64,000 bases of DNA from Armatimonadota bacterium (lineage in GTDB: Bacteria > Armatimonadota > SYMT01): positions 1-64,000 of the forward strand of contig JAWLHY010000020.1 of the NCBI GenBank assembly GCA_041690135.1, written 5' to 3'. The notes below the pieces were generated by a model. It ran no database searches and was not told the origin of the DNA. It worked only from the letters and a program-made list of their open reading frames with translations. Shown here one piece after another: positions 1 to 9,384 of the stretch. A program made the position numbers and the translations under genes. How positions within the stretch are numbered: the first letter of the stretch is position 1; every line of letters begins with the position of its first letter.

Positions 1-96
1 CTTTCACCACGTGTGTCTGGCAGGACCGGATGCGTTCCCTTTCTCCGTTTTTCGCTCGCTTCTACTCTCATGGGGCGGGCGCTTATGAAGTACACT

Positions 97-132
97 CAGG
101 GTGTTCGGGTGTTCAGGACTTCAGGCGTTGGG
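97..132. repeat. degenerate octamer tandem repeat (GGTGTTCR-like x4)
   Basis: ggtgttcg-ggtgttca-ggacttca-ggcgttgg with 8-nt period, intergenic. Confidence 0.5.
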
Positions 133-436
133 TCAACCCTCGGGTGGTAAACATTCAGGCAGTGCCCACGCTGGTCATTGCGAGGAGCGGTGGATCTGCA
201 GCAACTTCACAGACCAGATGAGCTTCCCGTCGAAGCACATAAGTCCTGCCATGATCCTGTAAGCGACCCTATGCTTCGCCGGGCAGGCGCGGCAAGCCCC
301 CTGGCCAGGTTACCCGCACCTGACCCGCTCTCCTTGCACCCGTACCGGCAGCCCGACCGGAATCCGGATGCTCTATCCTTATCGCGGTCTCAATCCACTC
401 CGCCCCTGGTCAGGGATCTCGGCGTTACCCAGACCT

Positions 437-537
437 CTTTATCCTTATCTTTATCTTTATCTTCATCCACTCCGCCGCCGCCTGTTCAGGGAAGCCGTCC
501 TGCCCTCGGATCCTAATCCTCTTCCTTGTCCTAATCC
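437..537. repeat. pyrimidine-rich hexamer tandem repeats (CYTTAT / NNTCCT)
   Basis: ctttat-ccttat-ctttat-ctttat-cttcat at 437-466 and aatcct-cttcct-tgtcct-aatcc at about 515-537. Confidence 0.7.
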
Positions 538-622
538 GCCGAAGGCACCGGCAGGGAGTCTTGGCACAAGTCGCGAATGAAAGCGTGTTCCTTCTCCGTT
601 CGCGATCAAATCAGGTGCTGTT

Positions 623-2431
623 GTGCTGCCTCGCAATCCTTTCCGTTTCTCTACTCCTCGTACGCTCCACGCCGCTTTTGCGCTGACCGCCGCAGGCCTA
701 CTTCCGCTGATGGCTGCGCCCCAGGCCAACTCTCAGGAGGCCCGCCGCCCGAACGTTTTGCTGATCATGGCAGACGACATGGGCTGGGGAGACGTGCGCT
801 CCCACGGTAACGACAAGATCGATACGCCCGTGCTGGACGGCCTCGCCGCCTCCGGCGCCCGCTTCGACCGGTTCTACGTGAGCCCGGTCTGCGCCCCTAC
901 GCGTGCCAGCCTGCTCACCGGCCGTTACCACCTGCGCACCTACACCTCCTGGGTTACGGGCGGGCGGGAGACGATGCAGGCGGACGAGGTCACGCTGGCC
1001 GAGGCGATGCGCCAGTCCGGCTACCGCACGGGTCTGTTCGGCAAGTGGCACAACGGGGCGCACTACCCGATGGACCCTAATGGGCAGGGCTTCGACGAAT
1101 TCCTGGGTTTCTGCGCCGGACATTGGAACAACTACTTCGACACCACCCTTCAGAAGAACCGCGAGTGGGTGACGACCAAGGGCTACATCACCGACGTGCT
1201 GACGGACGGAGCGATGGAGTTCATCCGCCAGCACCGCTCCGAGCCGTTCCTTTGCTACGTCCCCTACAACGCGCCGCACGGCCCGTTCCAGGTCCCGGAC
1301 CGCTACTTCGACAAGTACAAAAAGCGTGGTCTGGACGACAAGACCGCCAGCGTCTATGGGATGGTGGAAAACATCGACGACAACGTCGGCCGGTTGCTGA
1401 AGCAGTTGGAGGACCTGAAGCTGGCCGACAACACGATCGTCCTCTTCCTTACCGACAATGGTCCTAACGGCGAGCGTTTCAACGGCGGGATGAAGGGAAC
1501 GAAAGCGAGTGTCCACGAAGGAGGCGTGCGAGTGCCGCTCTTCGTCCGCTGGCCGGGTCAGATTCGGCCCGGGACGGTGGTCAAAGAGACGGCGGCGCAC
1601 ATCGACCTCCTCCCCACCCTGAACGAGCTCTGCGACATCGAACCCCGGGGAAGCCTGCCCATCGACGGACGCAGCCTGGCGCCGCTCCTCAAGGGCAACT
1701 CGCAAGGCTGGCCCGACCGGCTGCTTTTCACCCATCAATCGCGCCGGGGAGACGTTCAGCCGGCGCCCGGTGCGGTGCGCAGCCGCCAGTACCGCCTGGC
1801 GAACACCGGGAAAGGCTGGGAGCTGTACGACATGCTCTCCGACCCCGGCCAGAAGCAAGACATCAGCGCGCAGAAGCCGGACGTGGTGAGCCGCCTGCGC
1901 GCGGCGTATGAGACATGGTTCGCCGACGTGACGGAAGGGGGCTTCGAGCGAATCCCCATTCCGGTGGGGTACCCGCAGTCGCCGGTTGTGGAGCTCGCCG
2001 CACCCGAGGCGCAGTTCGGCGGCGGTCTCCGCTTCCACGGCAAGTCCGGCTGGGCAAATGACTGGATCTCCGGCTGGACCAACCCCGCCGATACGATCAC
2101 CTGGTCCCTCGATGTCGTGCGCCCCGGGAAGTATGAGGTCACGGTGCTCTATACCTGCCCTCCCGGCAGCACCGGTGCGAAGATCGAGGCTGAAGCCTCC
2201 GATCACAAGACGTCCGCTGAGCTCCGGCAGGCCCACGATCCCAAGGCGAAACCCAGTCCGGACCGCGTGCCCCGTGGCGAGGTTTACGAGAAAGAGTGGG
2301 GTCGCCTGAAGCTCGGCACCCTTGAGATGAAGCGCGGCCGCACCCCACTGGTTCTGCGTGCATTGAGCAAGCCCGGCAAGGTCGTGATGGACGTGAAGGG
2401 TGTGGTCATCACCCAGGTGGAGGAAAGATAG
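623..2431 (+). CDS. arylsulfatase (formylglycine-dependent), secreted, with extra C-terminal beta-sandwich domain
   Basis: signal peptide; PNVLLIMADD, CAPTRASLLTG (CxPxR), GKWH motifs; exact start uncertain. Confidence 0.93.
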   Translation: MLPRNPFRFSTPRTLHAAFALTAAGLLPLMAAPQANSQEARRPNVLLIMADDMGWGDVRSHGNDKIDTPVLDGLAASGARFDRFYVSPVCAPTRASLLTGRYHLRTYTSWVTGGRETMQADEVTLAEAMRQSGYRTGLFGKWHNGAHYPMDPNGQGFDEFLGFCAGHWNNYFDTTLQKNREWVTTKGYITDVLTDGAMEFIRQHRSEPFLCYVPYNAPHGPFQVPDRYFDKYKKRGLDDKTASVYGMVENIDDNVGRLLKQLEDLKLADNTIVLFLTDNGPNGERFNGGMKGTKASVHEGGVRVPLFVRWPGQIRPGTVVKETAAHIDLLPTLNELCDIEPRGSLPIDGRSLAPLLKGNSQGWPDRLLFTHQSRRGDVQPAPGAVRSRQYRLANTGKGWELYDMLSDPGQKQDISAQKPDVVSRLRAAYETWFADVTEGGFERIPIPVGYPQSPVVELAAPEAQFGGGLRFHGKSGWANDWISGWTNPADTITWSLDVVRPGKYEVTVLYTCPPGSTGAKIEAEASDHKTSAELRQAHDPKAKPSPDRVPRGEVYEKEWGRLKLGTLEMKRGRTPLVLRALSKPGKVVMDVKGVVITQVEER

Positions 2432-2507
2432 GCCTGAGGAGCGCGGACGTCCCCGTCCGCCGGGTGGTCCGGTATTCGGGCGTTCAGGAAGGAACGGAAG
2501 GGAAGCC

Positions 2508-3962
2508 ATGCCGATTCGCACGCGGGGGGCAACAGGACTGGCTGCCGGTTGCGTCTTCCTGAGCCTGGTAATCTCCGGTGTCGGTTCTGCGGGCACGCCG
2601 GAGCCCCCAATGCCTCGCAAGCCGAACGTACTCTTTATCCTCAGCGACGACCAGCGCCCCGACACCATCCGGGTGCTGGGGAACGCCCGGATCCATACAC
2701 CGCATCTGGACCGCCTGGTCCGGGAAGGGACTGCTTTCACGCGGGCCGTCTGCCCGAACCCGCTCTGCGTGCCTAGCCGGGCGGAAATCCTCTCCGGGTG
2801 CAGCGGGTTCCGGAACGGAGTACTGCCCGGATACGGTAATGCCATTGACCCGAAGTTAACCCTCTGGCCAGAGGCGATGCGCCAGGCCGGCTACCTCACG
2901 TGGCACGTCGGCAAGTGGCATGTCGCTGGCCGACCCCGCACGCGCGGCTACGGGGAAAGCCAGGGGCTCTTTGCTTCCGGCACACCGAATCCGCCTGCCC
3001 AGGCGGACTTTCTGGGACGCCCCGTTACGGGGTATCGGGGCTGGGTGTTCCAGACGGATGACCGGAAGCTGTTCCCGGAGCAGGGGGTGGGCCTCAACGG
3101 GCAGATCAGCGAGCGGTTCGCGGACGCGGCGGTTTCCTTCATCGAGCGGAAGCCGGATCGACCCTTCTTTCTCCATGTCAATTTCACTGCGCCCCACGAC
3201 CCGCTGTTCCCGCTGCCGGAATACCTGAAAAGATACCCGGCTGAACGCATGCCGCTGCCCCCGAACTATCGGCCCGAGCACCCCTTCGACCACGGCAATC
3301 GCGCAGGGCGGGACGAGGTCCTGTGGGACTATCCGCGGAAGGAGACGGAAGTTCGGGCCGATCTTGCGGCCTATTACGCCGTCATCACCCACATGGATGC
3401 CCAGATCGGCCGGATCCTGGACAGCCTCGACCGGACCGGACAGGCAAAGAACACGCTGGTGATCTTCGCAAGCGACCATGGGCTGGCCATCGGCAGCCAC
3501 GGGCTGCGCGGCAAGCAGAACATGTACGAACACACCGTGGGAGTGCCACTGTTGATGCGGGGGCCGGGCATACCACGCGGCAAGCGCAAACAGGCACAGG
3601 TCTACCTTCGGGATCTTTATCCCACCACTTGCGAGGCGGCTGGAATCCCCATCCCCAGCAGCGTCGAAGCGCGCAGCTTCATGCCCGTGCTTCGGGGCCA
3701 GGTCGATCGCCACCACGCGCGAACGTTCGGTTACTTCATGGACGTGCAGCGGATGGTCCGAACCGACCGGTGGAAGCTGATCCACTATCCCAAGCTCAAC
3801 CGTTACCAGTTCTTCGACCTCCGCAAAGACCCCCAGGAACAGCGAGACCTCGCGTCCGAACCGGACCGGCAACCCGTAGTGGATGAGCTCAAGACCGTCC
3901 TCCGTTCCTGGCAGAAGGAGGTCCGAGACCCGCTCTCCACAACCCCAGCTGGCCCCCGTTGA
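2508..3962 (+). CDS. sulfatase (choline-sulfatase-like)
   Basis: PNVLFILSDD, CVPSRAEILSG, GKWH, SDHG, GKQNMYE; ATG 2508 follows a purine-rich RBS. Confidence 0.92.
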   Translation: MPIRTRGATGLAAGCVFLSLVISGVGSAGTPEPPMPRKPNVLFILSDDQRPDTIRVLGNARIHTPHLDRLVREGTAFTRAVCPNPLCVPSRAEILSGCSGFRNGVLPGYGNAIDPKLTLWPEAMRQAGYLTWHVGKWHVAGRPRTRGYGESQGLFASGTPNPPAQADFLGRPVTGYRGWVFQTDDRKLFPEQGVGLNGQISERFADAAVSFIERKPDRPFFLHVNFTAPHDPLFPLPEYLKRYPAERMPLPPNYRPEHPFDHGNRAGRDEVLWDYPRKETEVRADLAAYYAVITHMDAQIGRILDSLDRTGQAKNTLVIFASDHGLAIGSHGLRGKQNMYEHTVGVPLLMRGPGIPRGKRKQAQVYLRDLYPTTCEAAGIPIPSSVEARSFMPVLRGQVDRHHARTFGYFMDVQRMVRTDRWKLIHYPKLNRYQFFDLRKDPQEQRDLASEPDRQPVVDELKTVLRSWQKEVRDPLSTTPAGPR

Positions 3963-4197
3963 CGTGTGCGAAAACCGGTAAAGCTGCACAACCAGTGCGT
4001 CTCATAGGATCAGAAGTGCGGGTGCCAACTCGTCGGATTCCGTGCCGGATCCGTCCAGTGCGTGTCGATCTGTGCCCAATGGGCGGCGCATGGATTTCTC
4101 AGTGTCTTGCCGAGCCCGGAGCGAAACTTTTGCTCACAGGCAACGTCACAAGAGACGATCCTTACGAGTGGATAGACCGGACAGAAGGTGGGCAACC

Positions 4198-5532
4198 ATG
4201 CTGACGATCCAGGGAGATCGGCATCGCTATTGCGACGGCGTAAACCGGCGCGAGTTCCTGAAGATCGGCGCTCTGGCATTGGGCGGGATGTCGATGGTCG
4301 ACATTCTGGCTGCGGAAGCGCGAGCGGGGATCAAATCCTCGCACAAGTCGATCATCATGGTCTATCTTCCGGGCGGGCCGCCGCACCTGGACCTGGTCGA
4401 CCTGAAGCCGGATGCGCCGCAGGAAATTCGCGGACCCTACAAGCCGATCGAGACGAACGTCAGCGGCATCCAGATTTGCGAACACCTGCCCCACCTGGCG
4501 AAGATGATGGACAAGTTCGCCCTCATCCGATCGTTGGTAGGGGCGCGTGACGAGCACGCCTCCAACCTCTGCCTTACCGGCTACCCCATCGGGGAAAACC
4601 GGAATAACTTCTGGCCGTCGCTCGGTGCGGTGGTCTCGAAGCTCCAGGGCCCGGTGGACCGAGCGGTTCCGCCGTTCGTGGAGCTGATCCCGAAGACGCA
4701 GCACGCTCCTTACTCCAACCCGGGCCATCCGGGCTTCCTCGGGCTCGCCCACGCGTCGGTGCGACCTAACAGCGGCGGTACGGAAGACCTGACGCTTAAA
4801 GACATCAGCCTGAACCGGCTGGACAATCGCCGCAAGCTGCTGGCTTCCGTGGACAAGTACCGGCGCATTGTGGACGGGTCCGGCATGCTGGAGCAGCTCG
4901 ACGGGGTCAGCCAGCGGGCCTTCGATCTGCTGCTCTCCGACAAGTTCGTGAAGGCCCTCGACGTAACGCAGGAAGACCCGAAGTTGCGCGAGCGGTACGG
5001 CAAGGGCTCCTCGCAGGCGATCACCGACGCCGGACCGAACTGGAACGATCAGTTCCTGGTCGCGCGTCGCCTGGTGGAGGCGGGTGTCCGCTGCGTCACG
5101 CTCGGGTTCGGCGGTTGGGACTACCACCAATTCTGGAACCCGAAGCCAGGCGAACAGGGCGCGCGGCTCGACCTGGCCCTCAGCGCGCTGGTGCAGGACC
5201 TCCACGACCGTGGTATGGACAAGGACACCTCGGTGGTCGTGTGGGGTGACTTCGGCCGTACGCCTCGCTTCAATAAGGACGGTGGTCGCGACCACTGGCC
5301 GAACGTAGGATTTGCGTTCCTCGCAGGCGGCGGAATGCGGACGGGACAGGTGATCGGCTCCACCGATAAGTTCGGCGAGAATGCCGACCAGCGGCCGATC
5401 CACTACCGCGACGTCTTCGCGACCCTCTACCACAACCTCGGCATCAACACCGAGGCGACGCCACTCTACGACGTGGAAGGGCGACCCCAGTACCTGCTGG
5501 CGGGCCACACCCCGATCGAAGAACTGGTGTAG
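4198..5532 (+). CDS. DUF1501 domain protein
   Basis: Tat-like RREFLKIG, GGPPHLD..DLKP, ARRLVEAGV, WDYH, FGRTP, GRDHW. Confidence 0.9.
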   Translation: MLTIQGDRHRYCDGVNRREFLKIGALALGGMSMVDILAAEARAGIKSSHKSIIMVYLPGGPPHLDLVDLKPDAPQEIRGPYKPIETNVSGIQICEHLPHLAKMMDKFALIRSLVGARDEHASNLCLTGYPIGENRNNFWPSLGAVVSKLQGPVDRAVPPFVELIPKTQHAPYSNPGHPGFLGLAHASVRPNSGGTEDLTLKDISLNRLDNRRKLLASVDKYRRIVDGSGMLEQLDGVSQRAFDLLLSDKFVKALDVTQEDPKLRERYGKGSSQAITDAGPNWNDQFLVARRLVEAGVRCVTLGFGGWDYHQFWNPKPGEQGARLDLALSALVQDLHDRGMDKDTSVVVWGDFGRTPRFNKDGGRDHWPNVGFAFLAGGGMRTGQVIGSTDKFGENADQRPIHYRDVFATLYHNLGINTEATPLYDVEGRPQYLLAGHTPIEELV

Positions 5533-5562
5533 AGCTCACACCCCGTCCAACGACCTGACTGG

Positions 5563-5590
5563 AGCCCGTCTCGCGAAAGGCGGGCTTTTT
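5563..5590 (+). terminator. Rho-independent terminator
   Basis: agcccgtct-loop-aggcgggct followed by a T tract, 30 nt after the DUF1501 stop. Confidence 0.8.
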
Positions 5591-5762
5591 GTCGTGCCCA
5601 CTCATCTGGAGTTGCACCTGCGGGTGGAGTGCCGATCTCCCTCGGAAAGCAACTTGCGAAAGCTGCCGGAGGCCGAAAGCCGAAGGAGGCAGGGATTGCC
5701 GGGCCTCAGGCGAAACCGTTGGGTGACGGTCGACTTGTCGGCCAATGAATGGAAACCCGCCC

Positions 5763-7220
5763 ATGGATCTCCGCAAGTTTTCTCTCGGTATCGCATTGCT
5801 CGGCACCGCCGCCATCGCCACCTCTTCCCAGGAAGTGTCCGGTACACCGGTTGCGCTCGGCTCACGCCTGGAGCCGTTCGTCGACCGCACCCTGATCGAG
5901 CGGATGGAGGGCACCCGCCTCGTACCCAACCGGCTGCGCGAGGAACCGGTCGCGCTCGCATTCGACCAGCCGTGGGAAGGCCGGTTCTGTGGGTACTGCA
6001 CCGTCATCAAGGACGGTTCCAAGTATCGTCTCTACTACCGCGGCCGTCCCGAAGCCGGGCCTGACGGCACGAACGACGAGGTGACCTGCTACGCGGAGTC
6101 GGAAGACGGGCTCCGCTTCACCCGGCCGAAACTGGGGCTCCATGAAGTGCGCGGCAGCCGCGAGAACAACGTGATTCTCGCCAACGCGGCGCCGCTAAGC
6201 CACAACTTCAGCCCTTTCCTGGATGACCGCCCCGGCGTGCCGGCAGACCAGCGGTTCAAGGCGCTCGCCGGAACCAACCGGACGGGGCTGGTGGCGTTTG
6301 CCTCCGGCGACGGCATCCGCTGGCGAAAACTGCAGGAGAAGGGCGTCATCACCCAGGGCGCCTTCGACTCGCAAAATGTCGCCTTCTGGGCGCCGGCGGA
6401 GAAGCAGTACGTCTGCTATTTCCGGACCTTCAAGAAGATCGGAAATACCGGCTACCGCTGGATCTCCCGGACTACCAGCAAGGACTTCCTCAATTGGACT
6501 CCACCCGTGGAGATGACGTTCGGAGACGTTCCGCCGGAACATCTCTACACCAACCAGACTCACCCCTATTTCCGCGCGCCGCACATCTACCTGAGTACGG
6601 CGGCCCGCTTCTTTCCCGGCCGGCAAGTCCTCACCCCCGAGCAAGCACGTGCGATCAACGTCGACCCGGGCTACTTCCGCGACACGTCCGATGCGGTCCT
6701 GATGACGACCCGCGGAGGGAACCGGTACGACCGGACCTTCCTGGAAGGGTTCATCCGGCCGGGCATCGGGCCAGGTAACTGGGTCTCGCGGACGAACTAC
6801 CCGGCCCTCAACGTCGTGCAGACCGGCCCCACCGAGATGTCGATCTACGTCCAGCAGAACTACGGGCAGCCCACGGCCCTGCTGCGCCGGTTCTCGATGC
6901 GACTCGACGGATTCGCCTCCGTCCAGGCCCCCTACTCCGGGGGAGAAATGGTAACCCGTCCGTTGACCTTTACCGGGAACCGCCTGGTGCTGAATTTCGC
7001 CACCTCCGCTGCCGGAGGGATTGGGGTCGAGCTGCAGGACGCGGATGGAAAGCCGATATCCGGCTACACCGCGGCGGACTGCCGCGAAGTGATCGGAAAC
7101 GAGATCGAGCGAGAGGTTCAGTGGAAGGGTGGTCCCGATGTCAGCCGCCTGGCCGGCAAGCCGGTCCGGATCCGGTTCGTGATGAAGGACGCCGACCTCT
7201 ACTCCCTCAGGTTCAAGTAG
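5763..7220 (+). CDS. secreted protein, probable five-bladed beta-propeller glycosidase-like fold with C-terminal beta-sandwich
   Basis: signal peptide; YRLYY, AES.DG..F, SGDGIRW, FDSQN, RLDGFAS motifs typical of this uncharacterised family; alternative start 5745. Confidence 0.65.
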   Translation: MDLRKFSLGIALLGTAAIATSSQEVSGTPVALGSRLEPFVDRTLIERMEGTRLVPNRLREEPVALAFDQPWEGRFCGYCTVIKDGSKYRLYYRGRPEAGPDGTNDEVTCYAESEDGLRFTRPKLGLHEVRGSRENNVILANAAPLSHNFSPFLDDRPGVPADQRFKALAGTNRTGLVAFASGDGIRWRKLQEKGVITQGAFDSQNVAFWAPAEKQYVCYFRTFKKIGNTGYRWISRTTSKDFLNWTPPVEMTFGDVPPEHLYTNQTHPYFRAPHIYLSTAARFFPGRQVLTPEQARAINVDPGYFRDTSDAVLMTTRGGNRYDRTFLEGFIRPGIGPGNWVSRTNYPALNVVQTGPTEMSIYVQQNYGQPTALLRRFSMRLDGFASVQAPYSGGEMVTRPLTFTGNRLVLNFATSAAGGIGVELQDADGKPISGYTAADCREVIGNEIEREVQWKGGPDVSRLAGKPVRIRFVMKDADLYSLRFK

Positions 7221-7238
7221 GCAGGGGAGAACAGCCGA

Positions 7239-7280
7239 CGCCGCCGGTCAGTTCTGTGGTAAGAGAACCGACCGGCGGCG
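7239..7280. terminator. GC-rich hairpin between convergent genes
   Basis: cgccgccggtc ... gaccggcggcg inverted repeat. Confidence 0.6.
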
Positions 7281-7415
7281 GTCAGTGCGGCATTGCGCCT
7301 GTGCAACGCCGGGAGGGGAGGGCCATGGCAGTACCGACAGCCTGTGAACGAGAGGCCGTCATCTACTCCTCAGGATGCCGTCGCCACGATTGCATGTGCA
7401 CGCTCCAGGTGAGAA

Positions 7416-9041
7416 TTATCGCCGAACCTGCAGCGACACCGTCTTGTTGACGCCTCCGTAGGTTGCGGTAATCGTGACACTCGTCGTTTTGCGAACCCGG
7501 TAGGTGGCGATGGAGAACTTCCCGCTAGTGGCTCCCGCCGGCACCATTATGTTCACCGGTACCGTGGCGGCCGTGGTGTTGCTGCTGCCAAGCGCAATAC
7601 TGGCGCCACTCTCTGGAGCCGGTGCACTCAAGACGACCGTTCCCGTTGCCCACTTTCCGCCTTTGATGGCCGTCGGAGAGACGGTCACTCCGCTCAACAC
7701 GGCAGGAGCAGGGGCTGGCGGAGGGGGTGGCGCGGTTTCGCCAGGGGCCTCGTAGCATCCGATATCACTGGCCAAACCCATCGGCCGCGGCAAACCTTCC
7801 AGGTCCGTGTTGACCGCCGGCAGGATCTCGCCGCGGTCCATTGCGGGCGACCCCGCAGCCAGATGGTAGTTGGCGGTGGAGGGACTGGTGAAGAGACTGG
7901 TGAGAGTGGCCGTGAACGAGTGCGGCTCAAAGCCCTGGGACTGCCAGTCCGCCAATGTGAGCGAGGTGCTGCCGTTGTCCGGGCTCACCCGCCCCAGGAT
8001 GTTGAAGTCGCTGTTCACATTGGCGGCGTCCGTCGAACTGCCGAAGAGGAGTCCACCGCGCCAGGTGCCCTGGTGGAGAAGGACGTTATTGCGCACCGTA
8101 TTGGGACCCGTGGTGGACTGGAACAGGAGCCCCCAGCGTCCTGTAGACGGTTGGTCGACCGTGTTGTGCAGGATCTGCATACCCCGAGGACCGGCGGCCC
8201 CATCGCCACGATAATTCACGATCCCCGAAGCCAGGTTGCCGTAAAGTAGATTGTTGCGCACGATCGAGTCCTGAACCCCGTCCAGGTTGATCGCCGCTCC
8301 CCCTCGCATCCCGTTGCCGTAGCAGATGTTGTTCTCGATGAGGGCGCCGGAAATCAGTCCGTCTCCCCCAGCGCTGAGATCTGCATTCAGTTGGATGCCG
8401 CAGCCGCCGTTGTTGTAGCTCCGGTTACCCCGGATAATGGGCCGATCACCGCTGTTCGAGACGTAGATTCCATGCTCGGTGCCGCTGGCGTAGCACGCAT
8501 TATTCTCCAGCAGCAGGTCGTCTGAGTGGTTGGTGAAGATCCCCCAGGTCGCATTGCCGGCGAACACGCCGTTCCGGATCGTCACATGCGGACTCGTGTC
8601 GACCCGCACCGCGGCGCGGTTGCCGCTGGAAGACCGCAGGCCGTCAACCACGACATAGGGTGCGTAGGTGATGAAGATCGTGTCCCGGTTGTCGGCACGG
8701 TCCACGGTCGGCAAGATGTTGGCTCCGGCGCCCGACGCCCGGATCGTCAGCGGCGCACCAGCAAGTCCCCCGTGCCGGACGTCGAACCCGAGGTAGTCAC
8801 CATCCGCGACCAGGACGGTATCGCCGGGACCGGCGAACTGAAGCGCCCGCCGGATCTGCCGGAACGGCCGCGACTGCGATCCATCGTTCAGGTCGTTCCC
8901 GTACGTTGACACGTGGTAGACGCTGCCGGCCGCCTGACCGCGCACTCCGCCCAGCAAGGCTGCCCCGGTGAGAAGCCCCAGTCCGGCAACGGCCCATCTA
9001 CGGAAAGGATCTTGACTGCTCGATTTCCTTCGTGTGTTCAT
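7416..9041 (-). CDS. secreted right-handed parallel beta-helix protein (pectin lyase-like, DUF1565-like N-terminus) with C-terminal Ig-like domain
   Basis: YHVS..GND.NDGS...PFR, PGDTVLV.DG.Y, Asn-ladder repeats, SPA.D.G..D.EG.PR...DIGCYE, Pro linker; ATG 9041. Confidence 0.8.
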   Translation of the reverse strand: MNTRRKSSSQDPFRRWAVAGLGLLTGAALLGGVRGQAAGSVYHVSTYGNDLNDGSQSRPFRQIRRALQFAGPGDTVLVADGDYLGFDVRHGGLAGAPLTIRASGAGANILPTVDRADNRDTIFITYAPYVVVDGLRSSSGNRAAVRVDTSPHVTIRNGVFAGNATWGIFTNHSDDLLLENNACYASGTEHGIYVSNSGDRPIIRGNRSYNNGGCGIQLNADLSAGGDGLISGALIENNICYGNGMRGGAAINLDGVQDSIVRNNLLYGNLASGIVNYRGDGAAGPRGMQILHNTVDQPSTGRWGLLFQSTTGPNTVRNNVLLHQGTWRGGLLFGSSTDAANVNSDFNILGRVSPDNGSTSLTLADWQSQGFEPHSFTATLTSLFTSPSTANYHLAAGSPAMDRGEILPAVNTDLEGLPRPMGLASDIGCYEAPGETAPPPPPAPAPAVLSGVTVSPTAIKGGKWATGTVVLSAPAPESGASIALGSSNTTAATVPVNIMVPAGATSGKFSIATYRVRKTTSVTITATYGGVNKTVSLQVRR

Positions 9042-9384
9042 TAGCTTCCTGGACTTGCCCGCCGCCAGTCCGTCAAACGGTATCTGACGACAGGGGCGCG
9101 GGGATGAAATGGAATGGCGAACCCGCCCCAGGCATCCTGGGAGAGGGCACACCTGCCGGTCAAGAGAGACCTAACTCACCCTTTTGTCGGCGTGAGTTAG
9201 GGCGGGGGAGATCGTTCGTGGGAAGTATCGCACTCGCCCGTTGGTCTGACGGCGCTAAACCATCAAAGGTTCTGTACGATCTTATGAAATTCGAGACACG
9301 TCCGACTCGTTGCTTGGGTGGGGCGAACCGGCACTCCCACCGACCGGACCTGATGCGCCCGGACAGCAACCGGGCGGACGGGGA

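Noticed and set aside
178-580. Short ORFs with SLSLSL / LYLYL runs
   Set aside because: These are translations of the hexamer repeat, with no RBS or protein-like composition; the same applies to ORFs over 31122-31468 and 63106-63704.
698-2845. 715-aa minus-strand ORF
   Set aside because: Antisense shadow of the sulfatase genes; no motifs, and expected in high-GC coding DNA.
5630-5720. c-di-GMP-I riboswitch
   Set aside because: GAAA loops are present but the GGCAAAC...GACGCAAA core is not; kept only as an unclassified candidate.
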